A stretch of DNA of 64,000 nt, taken from Antedon mediterranea. Taxonomy: Eukaryota; Animalia; Echinodermata. Made by a program: the position numbers and the translations under genes. Below, in pieces: positions 18,374 to 30,830 of this stretch. Where the stretch lies: the NCBI RefSeq assembly GCF_964355755.1, contig NC_092671.1, positions 22,394,070-22,458,069 on the forward strand, written 5' to 3'. Below the pieces are notes generated by a model. That model did no database searches. It was not told the origin of the DNA and saw only the letters and a list, made by a program, of their open reading frames with translations. The first letter of the stretch is position 1, and each line of letters begins with the position of its first letter.

Positions 18374-21300
18374 AAATGCACAAAATGGTCTACAACGTCT
18401 CCAAATACGATTTGAAGCTATTCTATGCACGTTGGTGCTTTTATGTTAACACATTTTTTCGAAATGCTCAATATAGTCTAAAACGTTTCCAAATACGATA
18501 TTAAGCTATTTTGTGCACTTTGATATTTTTGTGTGAAAAGTTTTGTCGAAATGCTCAAAATTGTCCCTAAAACGTTTCCAAATGCGATTTGAAGCTATTC
18601 TAAGCACTTTGGTGGATGATAAGATAATCTGTACACTTTGATGTTGTTTGGGAAAAAGTTTTGTCAAAATGGTCTAAAACGTTTCCAAATACGATATTAA
18701 GCTATTTTGTGTACTTTGATATTTTTGAGTAAAAAGTTAGATCGAAATGCTCAAAATGGTCTCAAACGTCTCCAAATGCGATTTGAAGCTATTCTAAGTA
18801 TTTTGGTGTTTTTATATTAACAAGTTTTTCCTAAATGCTCAATGTGGTCTAAAACGTCTCCAAATGGGGTAATAAGCTATTCTCCTACACTTTTATGTTT
18901 TGTGTGAAAACGATTTGTCGAAATGCACAAAATGGTCTAAAACGTATCCAAATACGATATTAAGCTATTTTGTGCACTTTCATATTTTTGAGTGAAAAGT
19001 TAGATCGAAATGCTCAAAATGGTCTAAAATGGTTTCAAATGTGATTTTAAGAACTTTGATGTTTTTTTGTAACCAAGTTTCATCAAAATGCTTAAAATAG
19101 TCTAAGACGGTACCAAATAAGATATTAAGCTATTTTGTGCACTTTGATATTTTTGTGTTAAAAGTTTGATCGAAATGCTCAAAATGTTCTAAAACTGTTT
19201 CAAATGTGATTTTAAGAACTGTGATGTTTTTGTGTAACCAAGTTTGATCGAAATGCTCAAAATTTTCTAAAACTGTTTAAAAAGTAATTTTAAACACTTT
19301 GATGCTCAAAATGGTCTAAAACGGTTTCAATTGTGATTTTAAGAACTTTGATATTTTTGTGTGAAAAGTTTTATCGAAATGCTCAAAATGGTCTAAAACG
19401 GTTTCAAATGTGAATTTAAGCACTTTGATATTTTTGTGTAACCAAGTTTCATCGAAATGCACCAAATGGTCTACAACGTCTCTAAATGCGATTTGAAGAT
19501 ATTCTAAGCACTTTGGTGTTTTTATGTTAACAAGTTTTTTCAAAATGCTCAATATGGTCTAAAACGTTTCCAAATACGATATTGAACTATTTTGTGCACT
19601 TTGATATTTTTGTGTGAAAAGTTTTGTCGAAATGCTCAAAATGGTCTCTAAAACGTTTCCAAATGCGATTTGAAGTTATTCTAAGAACTTTTGTGTTTTT
19701 ATGTTGACAAGTTTTTCCGAAATGCTCAATATGGTCTAAAACGTCTCCAAATGGGATAATAAGGTAATCTGTACACTTTGATGTTGTTTGGGAAAAAGTT
19801 TTTTCAAAATGGTCTAAAACGTTTACAAATACGATATTAAGCTATTTGATGTACTTTGATATTTTTTAGTGTAAAGTTAGATCGAAATGCTCAAAATGGT
19901 CTAAAACGTCTCCAAGTGCCATTTGAAGCTATTCTAAGCACTTTGTTGTTTTTATGTTAACAAGTTTTGTCGAAATGCTCAATATGGTCTAAAACGTCTC
20001 CAAATTGGATTAATAAACTATTCTGTACACTTTTATGTTTTTTTGTGAAAAGGTTTGGTCAAAATGGTCTTAAACGGTTTCAAATGCGATTTGAAGCTAT
20101 TCTAAGCACCTTGGTGTTTTTATGTTAACAAGTTTTTTCGAACTGCTCAATATGGTCTAAAACGTCTCCAAATAAGGTAATCTGTACACTTTGATGTTTT
20201 ATGTAAAAACGTTTTGTCGAAATGCTCAAAATGGTCTCTAAAACGTTTCCAAATGCGATTGGAAGCTTTTCTAAGCACTTTGGTGTTTTTATTTAAACAA
20301 TTTTTTTCGAACTGCTCAATATCTAAATCTAAAACGTTTCCAAATACGATATTAAACTATTTTGTGCACTTTGATTTTTTTATGTGAAAAATCTTATCGA
20401 AATTTTCAAAATGGTCTAAAACGGTTTCAATTGTGATTTCAAGAACTTTGATATTTTTGTGTGAAAAGTTTTATCGAAATGCTCAAAATGGTCTAAAACG
20501 GTTTCAAATGTGAATTTAAGCACTTTGATATTTTTGTGTAACCAAGTTTCATCGAAATGCACAAAATGGTCTACAACGTCTCTAATTGCGATTAGAAGCT
20601 ATTCTAAGCACTTTGGTGTTTTTATGTTAACAAGTTTTTTCGAAATGCTCAATATGGTCTAAAACGTTTCCAAATACGATATTGAACTATTTTGTGCACT
20701 TTGATATTTTTGTGTGAAAAGTTTTGTTGAAATGCTCAAAATGGTCTCTAAAACGTTTCCAAATGCGATTTGAAGCTATTCTAAGAACTTTTGTGTTTTT
20801 ATGTTGACAAGTTTTTCCGAAATGCTCAATATGGTCTAAAACGTCTCCAAATGGGATAATAAAGTAATCTGTACACTTTGATGTTGTTTGGGAAAAAGTT
20901 TTTTCAAAATGGTCTAAAACGTTTACAAATACGATATTAAGCTATTTTATGTACTTTGATATTTTTTAGTGTAAAGTTAGATCGAAATGCTCAAAATGGT
21001 CTAAAACGTCTCCAAGTGCCATTTGAAGCTATTCTAAGCACTTTGTTGTTTTTATGTTAACAAGTTTTTCCGAAATGCTCAATATGGTCTAAAACGTCTC
21101 CAAATTGGATTAATAAGCTATTCTGTACACTTTGATGTTTTTTTGTGAAAAGGTTTGGTCAAAATGGTCTTAAACGGTTTCAAATGCGATTTGAAGCTAT
21201 TCTAAGCACCTTGGTGTTTTTATGTTAACAAGTTTTTTCGAACTGCTCCATATGGTCTAAAACGTCTCCAAATGGGATAATGAGGTAATCTGTACACTTT

Positions 21301-22005
21301 GATGTTTTATGTAAAAACGTTTTGTCGAAATGCTCAAAATGGTCTCTAAAACGTTTCCAAATGCGATTGGAAGCTTTTCTAAGCACTTTGGTATTTTTAT
21401 GTTAACAAGTTTTTTCGAAATTCTCAATATGGTCTAAAACTTCTCCAAATTGGATAATAAGTTTTTCTGTACACTTTGATGTTTGTGTGAAAAGGTTTGG
21501 TCAAAATGGTCTAAAACGGTTTCAAATGCGATTTGAAGCTATTCTAAGCACCTTGGTGTTTTTATGTTAACAAGTTTTTAACCATTTTGAGCACTTCGAT
21601 GTTTTTGTGTAACCAAGTTTCATCAAAATGCTCAAAATAGCCTAAAATGGTTCCAAATAAGATATTAAGCTATTTTGTGCACTTTAATATTTTTGTGTGA
21701 AAAGTTTTATCCAAAAGCTCAAAATGGTCTAAAACGGTTTGAAATGTGATTTGAGCATTTTGACATGTTTTTGTGTAACCATGTTTCATCAAAATGCTCA
21801 AAAAAGCCTAAAACGGTTCCAAATAAGATATTAAGCTATTTTGTGCACTTTGATATTTTTATGTAACCAAGTTTTGTCGAAATGCACAAAAAGGTCTAAA
21901 ACGTTTCCAAATACGATATTAAACTATTTTGTACACTTTGATATTTTTGTGTGAAAAGTTTTATCGAAATGCTCAAAATGGTCTAAAACGGTTTCAAATA
22001 TGATC
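18374..22005. repeat. ~88-bp satellite (segment 3) with 1100-bp higher-order tandem repeat
   Basis: 19321/20421, 19561/20661 and 19801/20901 match at a constant 1100-bp offset. Confidence 0.93.
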
Positions 22006-23855
22006 TTAACGTGTACTGATAATGCCATTCCATTGTGTAATCAGTCACGTAATTTATAAATTCTGATTAAAATATTACATTTTCCCATTAACATTTTCAT
22101 TTAAATATTTCAGAATCTACCGGAGAACGCAGGTCAAAGTGCAAAACAGCGTGCACCTTGTGGTCCAGAGAACGGAAATGCTGGATTCGTGTGGGAAAAT
22201 TTCATGTCTGGTGATAATGGTGCTCCATTTTTTCCATTTAATGGAATACATAATTACCCAGCTATTGCTGGAAGAACAGGATTGTAAGGTATGTAAAAGC
22301 ATGACATAATCTGGTCCTTACTTGGACAAACCTAGTCCTTACTTGGACAAACCAACAACTGCCAATTAAATCCTTCTGATTGCGTGGAGATGGATTGTGA
22401 TGCATTTAAGAAATCAATGATCAGAGATGAAGATGGTGGAATTCTAGGAGGATCACAGCCTGGTTATGTTATTCCTGATTCTGCATACGAGTGGGATAGA
22501 GATTCGAGACGTGGACTTAGAATTATAGGATTATAGAATTCCAAACATGATGGTTACAGACATCGATGGTAGTAAAAATGTTCACATAGAGGTTGGTTGT
22601 CTGCTTTAATGCCTAATTTTAGCTTTGTAAACTGATTCTTCCCTAACTCTTTCCTCCTATTAAAGTTGCACTCTGGAAACAAGACCAGTCCACTCACCGA
22701 GACTGGGAACGCAATTTAATTGTGGCATCCCGTTTTCTTTATTCTGACAACAAAGTACGAAGTACGACGTCTTCACCAATCGCCATTGGGTCTATCGGTT
22801 ATGTTGATTTGATCAATGGACCACAAGGTCACGGCTGGTGTCATGGGTACACATGTCAAGAGCGCATCAGCACATTTATGAGACTTATGAGATGTATATG
22901 AGAGTCCAACCAATCCTCAAACGTTAAGACTTAATTTCCTGAACACAGCTCCTGATCAGAAAATAGTTGTTGACATTGGTATGCCAATCCTCAACGCTTA
23001 GATGTCTACCATCAAGGTCGCTATGTCATGCCAAATAAAATGGATGGATGGAGATATGTTCATATGGTATCCAGAAGATCCAAATGGACCAGATGATCAG
23101 TTCATGACTCCAGCATTTATGGCAAGAACTATTTTGATCGCGATTGGCAGACGCTTTGGATACTTATACGTGGTAGTGACCCAATTGACCTCATCACTAC
23201 ACCGGTTATAATGGTTGACGTTGGTGTGGCTCCTGTTGATGTTGATGACTTCTATGAAGAAGATCTTGTTGACAATCTTGCCAGTTTGCTATATATAATA
23301 AGTAAATATCTTTCTTTAACCATATAAAAGTATCTTTATATATAAATAATCTATCCAGATTTCTTCTTTTATCAGTTTCATGTGTTTAGAAATGAGTTGA
23401 ATTTTATTTCATTGTCTATTCTTTTAATATCTAAACAATAATTAATATTTCTTCCTTACAGGCAATTCAACCCTTGAACATGATGAGTTGTTAATGAAAT
23501 GAAATTGTTAATGCAGCACAAACCGGTACTTTGTCCGAAGTTGAGATTATTAGCAATGACCGATCTTTCTCCACCAGCTGAAGACCCAGCAAGGGGTGCG
23601 AGAGCAACAAATACAACAGAAGGTCCAAGTACAGGCAATAAAACGTAAGTCACATTTAAGAAGTAATGAGTTGAAGTAGAGTTACTGTAGTATAGAACTG
23701 GCTTGTATAGTCTTGTCCAAAGTTTTAAATTGTATTCTGATGTGTGGCTTGCAACAAACATTACCATAATGCCTATATCATTACAAAACAACATAACTAT
23801 TGGTTCACAGGTATTCTAAGAAGCAAGCTGAAGAAGAGGCGTCTAGTGACCCAGG
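22006..23855 (+). pseudogene. PKHD1L1: Fibrocystin-L (PKHD1L1-like) pseudogene fragment, copy 1
   Basis: GNAGFVWENFMSGDNGAP, NPSDCVEMDCD..DEDGGILG..YEWD..DYRIP, GYVDLINGPQGHGWCHGYTCQER, NYFDRDWQTLWILIRG..DDFYEEDLVDNLA resemble the PKHD1L1 C-terminal half; stops and frameshifts present. Confidence 0.85.
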
Positions 23856-23859
23856 AGCT

Positions 23860-24671
23860 CTAAAATATCATCCTGGCTATCATCCAACATGCTCTTGCTT
23901 AACAATTCTAAAACCGAATTTATCATTTTTTCCACCAAACACCTACGTTCCAAATTCAATATTCCCTCAATTTCTTTTAATTCCTGTACAATTTTTCCAT
24001 CACCTTTTATTAACAATCTTGGGTTTATTTTGATGAATTATTATCTTTCAACAAACATATAAGTCATGTTAAAAACTACTAACTTCCATCTACGAAACAT
24101 TGCTTGCATTCGAAAGTATCTGTCAAAGCGTACTGCCTCTACATTAATAAATGCCTCTGTCACTTCTCGCCTTGATTTTTGCAACTCTCTTTTTTTTGCC
24201 CTACCGAAATCTTTAATGAATCGGCTTCAACGTCTCCAGAACACTGCTGCACGCATTCTAACTCTTACTAGAAGATCCTCACACATATCTCCTATTATAT
24301 ATAACCTCCATTGGCTACCTATTGTGTCCCGTATAAAATATAAGATCCTTTTACTAACATTTAAAGCGCTACTTCTTAAACAACCTACTTATCTCCTTGA
24401 TATTCGTCCCTCATACACCCCTCTTGCTTGTCTTCGTTCGGCTGATCAAAACCTACTACTTGTTCCTAGAATTAACAGCAAATCTTATGGACAAAGTTCT
24501 TTTATGTTCTCTGCTGCTTCTCTTTGGAATTCTCTCCCTCGTCATTTTACTAAATCAACTTCTATTGCTATTTTTAAAAAAGAACTTAAAACGCATCTTT
24601 TTAACATCCAATATAAGCGCCTTTGATTTTTACTTCGGTTTAGTTGATTCTGGCGCAATACAAATACCTAA

Positions 24672-24707
<36 letters not shown>

Positions 24708-24715
24708 GTTATTAG
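23860..24715 (+). mobile_element. L2/CR1-group LINE 3' fragment with (ATT)n tail
   Basis: ORF 24066..24626 SRLDFCNSL..LQRLQNTAAR..LHWLPI..RIKYKILLLTFK..FKKELKTHLF; (ATT)n at ~24672-24710. Confidence 0.9.
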
Positions 24716-24742
24716 TGTTAGTGTTATGTCGCTAATAGTGGA

Positions 24743-24831
24743 TTAAGGGGAAAATGCGTGGTAAAAAACATGGCCTTAAGGGGAAATCGTACTTAAGGGG
24801 AAATATAACTTTCCCCTTAACGTTTGCAGTG
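24743..24831. mobile_element. Possible terminus of a CACTG (EnSpm/CMC-like) DNA transposon
   Basis: Three direct and one inverted TTAAGGGGAAA motif, ending in ...TTTGCAGTG (reverse complement CACTGCAAA). Confidence 0.4.
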
Positions 24832-25199
24832 TCAATACTGGCCAAATTCGGACAGTTTGTTACTAGAAACTCAGAAATTTGGCAGATTTGATTAAAATCT
24901 CCTAAATAAATGATAATTCAGGTGTGTTTAATTCCTATATGAATTTTTATGTATAAAAGAAAATTTTTTTGTTATATGTTGTTTTCGAAAAAACACGACC
25001 TTAAGGAGAATACGCATTTCATCCAAATTCTAACAAAATTGGGATTATATCTTCATTATCTCCTTGCCAAAACAATTCACATATTATATTCTACCGCTGT
25101 TATGAATTTCATATTAATTGGTGCATTTTTCTTGATTTTCCAAAAAAACCGACCGTGATTTTGCCCGTTTAAAGTCCAAAATTGCTTTTCGTGATTTTC

Positions 25200-25375
25200 A
25201 CAAAAATTATTTTTGACGCAAGCGCACTTCTTCTCGAAACGAAGGAACGTCGCCCGCCATATTGAAATAGCGAGCGGTAGAATTTGTGTGTATAATGCCT
25301 GGTATACTCATGACCTGATTGACAAGCGGCGACTAGAATTATTACATTAGGCCTACTCCATGATCAAAGTAAGTA
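25200..25375 (+). promoter_or_regulatory. Putative promoter / first exon with splice donor
   Basis: Local CpG enrichment, YY1-like CCGCCATATT (~25254-25263), donor GTAAGT at ~25369. Confidence 0.35.
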
Positions 25376-27890
25376 TGCCTAGCCCATTATGGGTTTTGGA
25401 GTTTGTATTGGTAAGTTTTTTTATCACAAGAAGAAAGTGTAAGGCGGCAAGAGTAAGACCTAGGGCCTAGCTACTACTGGCAACTGCTACTACTAGCCTA
25501 GCCTAGCCGAGAAGTATTATTAGGCCTAGCCTAGCCTAGCCGAGGCTACTACCGGAACCTCATAGACTAGGCCTAGGCGGCTACCTGGCCTAGGTTGGCC
25601 AGGCCTTGTCTTTTGAAAATTGTAGGTGTGCTACAAATTGCACTCCTGAATACATTTTTCAGGGGTGCTGCGTGTGTGACGTTTGTATTTTGGTGTGTAC
25701 TGTGTGTAGGCCTAGGCTAGAAGTTTACCAAATTTATTATTTAACTGTGTTGTAAATCATCGCCTCCCGGCAGTTTAGCCTAGTTAGGCTAAGGCTAGAT
25801 AGTAGGGCCTAGATGCCTAGCCTACCTAGGCCTATACGTACGGTAGTAGGGAAGTGATTGCACTCGCTCGCCTCGTTCACGGACGAATTTCGATCGGGCC
25901 TAGGGGCCTAGGCCTAGTAGGCCTAGACCATCAGCTCCACGGACGATCAGGTTTAACCGTTCTAACTAGGCCTAGGCCTAGCTAGGCCTAGGCATTTTAT
26001 GTTATTTATTTTCTCTATAATATGGTTAAATTATTATCCAACTATGATTGTGAATCTTTGTATATTTTTTTAATAATTATGGTGACACACAATCGGACAT
26101 TAGATTAATACTAGCTAGGCCTAGGCTAGGCCTATACTATAGTGAATAGGCTAGGGCCTACAGTAGTAGGACTAGCCTACCCAGGGAGTTGTTAATTAGA
26201 CAACTCCCTGGCCTACCTAGGCCTATATGACATGAAGTTTATAATGTAGTGAGTGATTGCACTCGCTCGCCTCGTTCACGGACGAATTTCGATCGGGCCT
26301 AGGCCTAGTAGGCCTAGACCATCAGCTCCACGGACGATCAGGTTTAACCGTTCTAACTAGGCCTAGGCATTTTATGTTATTTATTTTCTCTATAATATGG
26401 TTAAATTATTATCCAACTATGATTGTGAATCTTTGTATATTTTTTTAATAATTATGGTGACACACAATCGGACATTAGATTAATACTAGCTAGGCCTAGG
26501 CTAGGCCTATACTATATAATATAGTGAATAGGCTAGGGCCTACAGTAGTAGGACTAGCCTACCCAGGGAGTTGTTAATTAGACAACTCCCTGGCCTACCT
26601 AGGCATATATGACATGAAGTTCATAATGTAGTGATGACTGAATTTGATTGATTGATACTGTATGTGATGAACTGTATCTATGTGCCTACTGTATCTAGTA
26701 GGCTAGGCCTACAGTATACTCTTTCCAAATATAAAATAAAAGTTGGGAGTTTACTTCGGTCATCTTTTGAGACGCTTGGAATACCCACAAAGACACCCTT
26801 TAACAACATAGCCTCATAGGCCTATTATTAATTGTTATTAAAAAGATGCTTAGTATTTATAAAATAATATATTATTATATATATTTCACCAGGTAGGCCT
26901 AGGTGCATAATTCCATACGGTACATTTTAAACAAATGAAATTGATAGATACTGTGGTATTCAAATAATAAGCTAGGCGCTACTACTTATTTATGTTACAT
27001 ACTGGAAAAGACATACAGTATGTAAAATGAATTCATACAAAAATCCATAGCTCAATTAATTCAGTGTTTTAAATGGTATAAAATGTGCCAAATTATATGC
27101 TATGTGTGTAATCTCACTTCATCAGGTGCATGAATTAATGGCCTAGTACATAATCATTATTTATTAAAGTTAAAAAAAGACCTACCTTTTAATTTGAAAA
27201 AAATTATTTTATCCAAAACCCTAAAATAATTAAAATGTCACTGCCTCAATGACCATATACAGCCTAGGCCTACTGTTTAAACAAAGTATTTATAGATGCA
27301 GGGCTATCCTAGGCCTAGTTACAAGCAAGTAAAAATATATTTAATACAAAAAATATCTGTAACATGAATTCACACACAAAGTGATATGGTCTAGATACTG
27401 TATCAGTTAATTAAGCCTTTCAGTGTTTTCTTTTTGAACAAGTATACTGTATATCTAACTTAGAGTGGACCTGATCGTCTTTTTCCCTATTTTTAAGTGG
27501 GCCTGATAGTCTAATGAAGGTGGTACCGAACGTCGACACAAATCTGGAACCTAGCGAAACAACTCTGGGTGCATTAGCGACAAATAAACCTAACCTAGGC
27601 CGGCCGTTACTAAGGTTATTACAAAATACATGGCAGCTATTTGCCTTTAAATTATTCGTCCAGAGCAATTATTTAATGGCTAGGCTACTACTGTACTTAC
27701 TATCTGGACCTTAACCTACTGTAGTAAGCCTACAGTAGTACTTACACAGGTACACTACTATGTACTAAACCGAAAGCATGTATAATTTATGCCGACTAGC
27801 TGTGTTTAAAAGCCTAGGGACTATACTAAGAAAGCCTACTATATGCAGTAGGCTTTGTTTTTGTTTGGAATGGGATTACTAGCCTAGAAA
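25345..27890. repeat. TAGGCCTA/TAGCCTA/TAGGCTA-dense field
   Basis: Dozens of palindromic TAGGCCTA-type motifs interspersed in unique sequence; density falls rightwards. Confidence 0.9.
25853..26635. repeat. Tandem duplication, ~400-bp unit x2
   Basis: AGTGATTGCACTCGCTCGCC at 25853 and 26252; copies differ mainly in GGCCTA-type units. Confidence 0.92.
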
Positions 27891-28043
27891 AAAAAGGCAC
27901 AACCTTTATCGAGTTAAAAATAAAGCAGTAGTGTTCTTTCATTAATATAATAATATAATATATTCATAACATTTCTTTAAAAAAAGACAATTTAATGAAT
28001 ACTCTACAGAGATCCAGATGAATATTTACACTAATAATACTAA

Positions 28044-29174
28044 CTAGATTTGAACTCGTCACTACGGACGAGTTAGGTTATCCGCAGCGCGTCATACGTT
28101 AGAATATTGCGCGCAGAAAAACGATTATGCCATTGAAAAAATGTTAGTGCGCTCTCTATTTTGTGTCACCTCAAAGTATATACGGTATACACTATATTCT
28201 GTATACGTACTACATACAGTGCAGAATAGGTGAAAATAAGGGACCCAAGTTATTGACGCTTCTGGACATGATGACGTCATCACAATTTAAAAAATGGTAG
28301 ATTATACGAAAGATAATTGATTGGCATAGACAATATAAAAAAATGGGGGGAAATGAAATTCGGTTAAGTGGAGATGCGCTCTATTAAATGTGATGAGCTA
28401 TGACGAAAGAGACAAAAATCCTATATTTTATATTTGAGTGGCCATACGATGACGTCACTATGTCTTGTTAGCCATATCGATGCATGATTCGATATCTACA
28501 AATCATCAACTTCCAGAATGTGTAATTTAAAAGAAGTTCACCTCGTAGTTTACAATCTATGACTGTTTTAAAAAAGGCATAATTTTGACGAATTTTTCAA
28601 CTTTTTCTTCAAAAACGCGCGCAAATTGTTGAATTCTACGTGCTCGTATGACGTGATTTTAAGTCGAAATTGATTGAAAATTGGTAAATTTACTAGAAAA
28701 GGCTGAAAAAACAAAAATCAAGCAAAAAAAAGATGTTTTTGCGCTAAGTGCGCACGCGCGCGTAAAAAAAATGCGCACGCGTGGGAATTTTTGAAATGCT
28801 TAAAATGCCCTGAAACGCGTAGAAAGTTGATTAGAAATGGATATTTCGCAATTTGAAATTTTAAACGCGCGTGCGCACGTAACTTTATGTCAAACATGCC
28901 ATTTTTAATCCATAGAAAGTTTGCCCTTGATATGACTTAAATGTTCACCAAGTGTCATTACAAAATGACTTTTGGTTTTTAGTCTATGTTAAATACGCAA
29001 AATTCATAAAATCCCGCGTAGCTTACGCTGCGCGACTCTAAAGAAAAAAAACGAGCTGTCTTGCACTTCTACAGATAGAGGTAAATCTTCTGACAAAGTT
29101 ATACGATGTAATGTTGATCAGAATTTGAGATACACGTGACACAAAATTTTGGGAAAGAAAGAAGAATAACATAG

Positions 29175-29207
<33 letters not shown>

Positions 29208-29253
29208 TCCTGACAATAACAAGGGGTTATCCGCCAAGTGCGGATAACCAATA
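28044..29253 (-). mobile_element. Helentron/HINE family B, second copy (one internal repeat)
   Basis: Reverse complement of 7253-8835: CTAG, hairpin and GGTTATCCGC at 28044-28085; poly-A and GGTTATCCGCCAAGTGCGGATAACC at ~29225-29249. Confidence 0.87.
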
Positions 29254-30241
29254 ATAATATATAACTTGGAAATTAGTAACTCTAAGTCTAGTTGTAAGCC
29301 TAAGTCTGCTAGATAGCATTTACTGTAATAACATCCAATAATTACTGTTTATGTAGAAAAAGTGTGTATGGCTTTATTTTAAGCCTAGCACTATTATAGT
29401 ACAGTACTACTAGCAGTAACCTGTGCTCCGTCTGCCTTAATATTTGGTTATACTAATTCGCATGGGATGAGTAAGTACTGTATAATATCCCTGATAAAAG
29501 TACGCTGACAAACTATTGTATCAAGAATAAATTCGGAACTATTTACAATACAGTCATTGATTTTTTGTTCCTTCACCTTGAAATGTCTGTAAATTTAAAA
29601 ATGAAAGCAACACTGGATGTGGAACTTCATTGTCTTACAGTAAGAATTTACAAAAATAAAAGAAAATAAAGAAAAATTGTGCTGTTTGAACATTAATCTA
29701 GGGTGCGCATTAGAAAGTGACAACATGCATGTCGAATAGAAGGGTAAGAAGCAAATTATACAAATGACCTCATATTGCTCACAATTGATAATTTTAAATA
29801 ATCTGTTTTCCATAATTGTGGTGTTTTTTTTTGTGTAATGATTATTTTTATTCATTTACATTTTTTTAAATTTTGATGGTTTTTTGACATTTTGCATTTA
29901 TTTTATTATTTACAAATTTCGCAAATTCGAACTCGACTGTACTAACTGAGTGAGTATTGATATCAAAAGTCTTTACTCACTGAGCTAACCATGATTTACA
30001 AAATATTATAATTAAATGAAATGTTCCATAAATTGTTAATTATAATTGTTGATAATTTCAAGTTGTCAGTTCAGCAACTAGTTCTAAGAAATAGATACAT
30101 TTGTTATTACAGTAATTTGCCAGCATTTAATTTTTTTTTTTGCTGGACTTTTTTATTTCAATGCTAAATTGAATTGCAATTAAAGCCTAAGATAATTTGC
30201 CACAATAACCTTTCAATAACATTTTTCTTTATTTTTACCAG

Positions 30242-30830
30242 ATTCCTAAAATAATCCATGGGTCAAGTGTGGCTCACAATCAGCGAGACATGTGAACAAG
30301 ACTGTTGTTTTCTCTCATTTTGTTTATTGCCAACATAATACATGCCATTGTTTTAGGATTATTTAACCCTACCCATCCAATTACAAACCTTTCCATTATA
30401 ATAAGTGCTTCGTTTTTTTAAATGAAAGTACTGTGCATTACCAAAGACTTCCAACTAGCTACTAAGCTAGTACTACAAATAAACAGTGTGTTTTTAGATG
30501 AAAGAGTATGCCTCAACCAAAAACATTACTAACACCCCTTAGTAAATGAAATGGAATGAAGAGTCCCAACAAACGTTTCTTGGATTCATCAAGTGAAGAT
30601 GAGAATGAGATAAGCAACAACACTGTCTTGTTTTCAAACTCTTCCTACGGTATAAATTCATTGACAGTATAAATTTTGGCCATGTATTCCTAATTTACTT
30701 GACTGATTGTTTTTTATAGGAACCAATGAGGAGAAAAAAAAGAAATATTCGTCATCCCATGAGGAATTTCAGAAAGCAGTTCTCAGGCACAGTGGTTTTT
30801 GCTATGTTAAAGGGGAAATTGACTGAGTAA
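30242..30830 (+). pseudogene. Degenerate spliced exons, possibly a transposon accessory gene
   Basis: AG/GT-bounded segments at ~30498-30650 and ~30720-30826 encode PNKRFLDSSSEDE and EEFQKAVLRH; stops present. Confidence 0.3.

Noticed and set aside
5291-22005. CRISPR-like regular repeats and repeated small ORFs (6032, 10949, 11215, 19316)
   Set aside because: Intervening sequences are homologous rather than unique spacers, there are no cas genes and the context is eukaryotic; the ORFs are satellite translations.
25345-27890. Telomeric repeat (TTAGG/TTAGGG) origin for the TAGGCCTA fields
   Set aside because: The motifs are palindromic, unoriented and interspersed, and do not form TTAGG(G) arrays.
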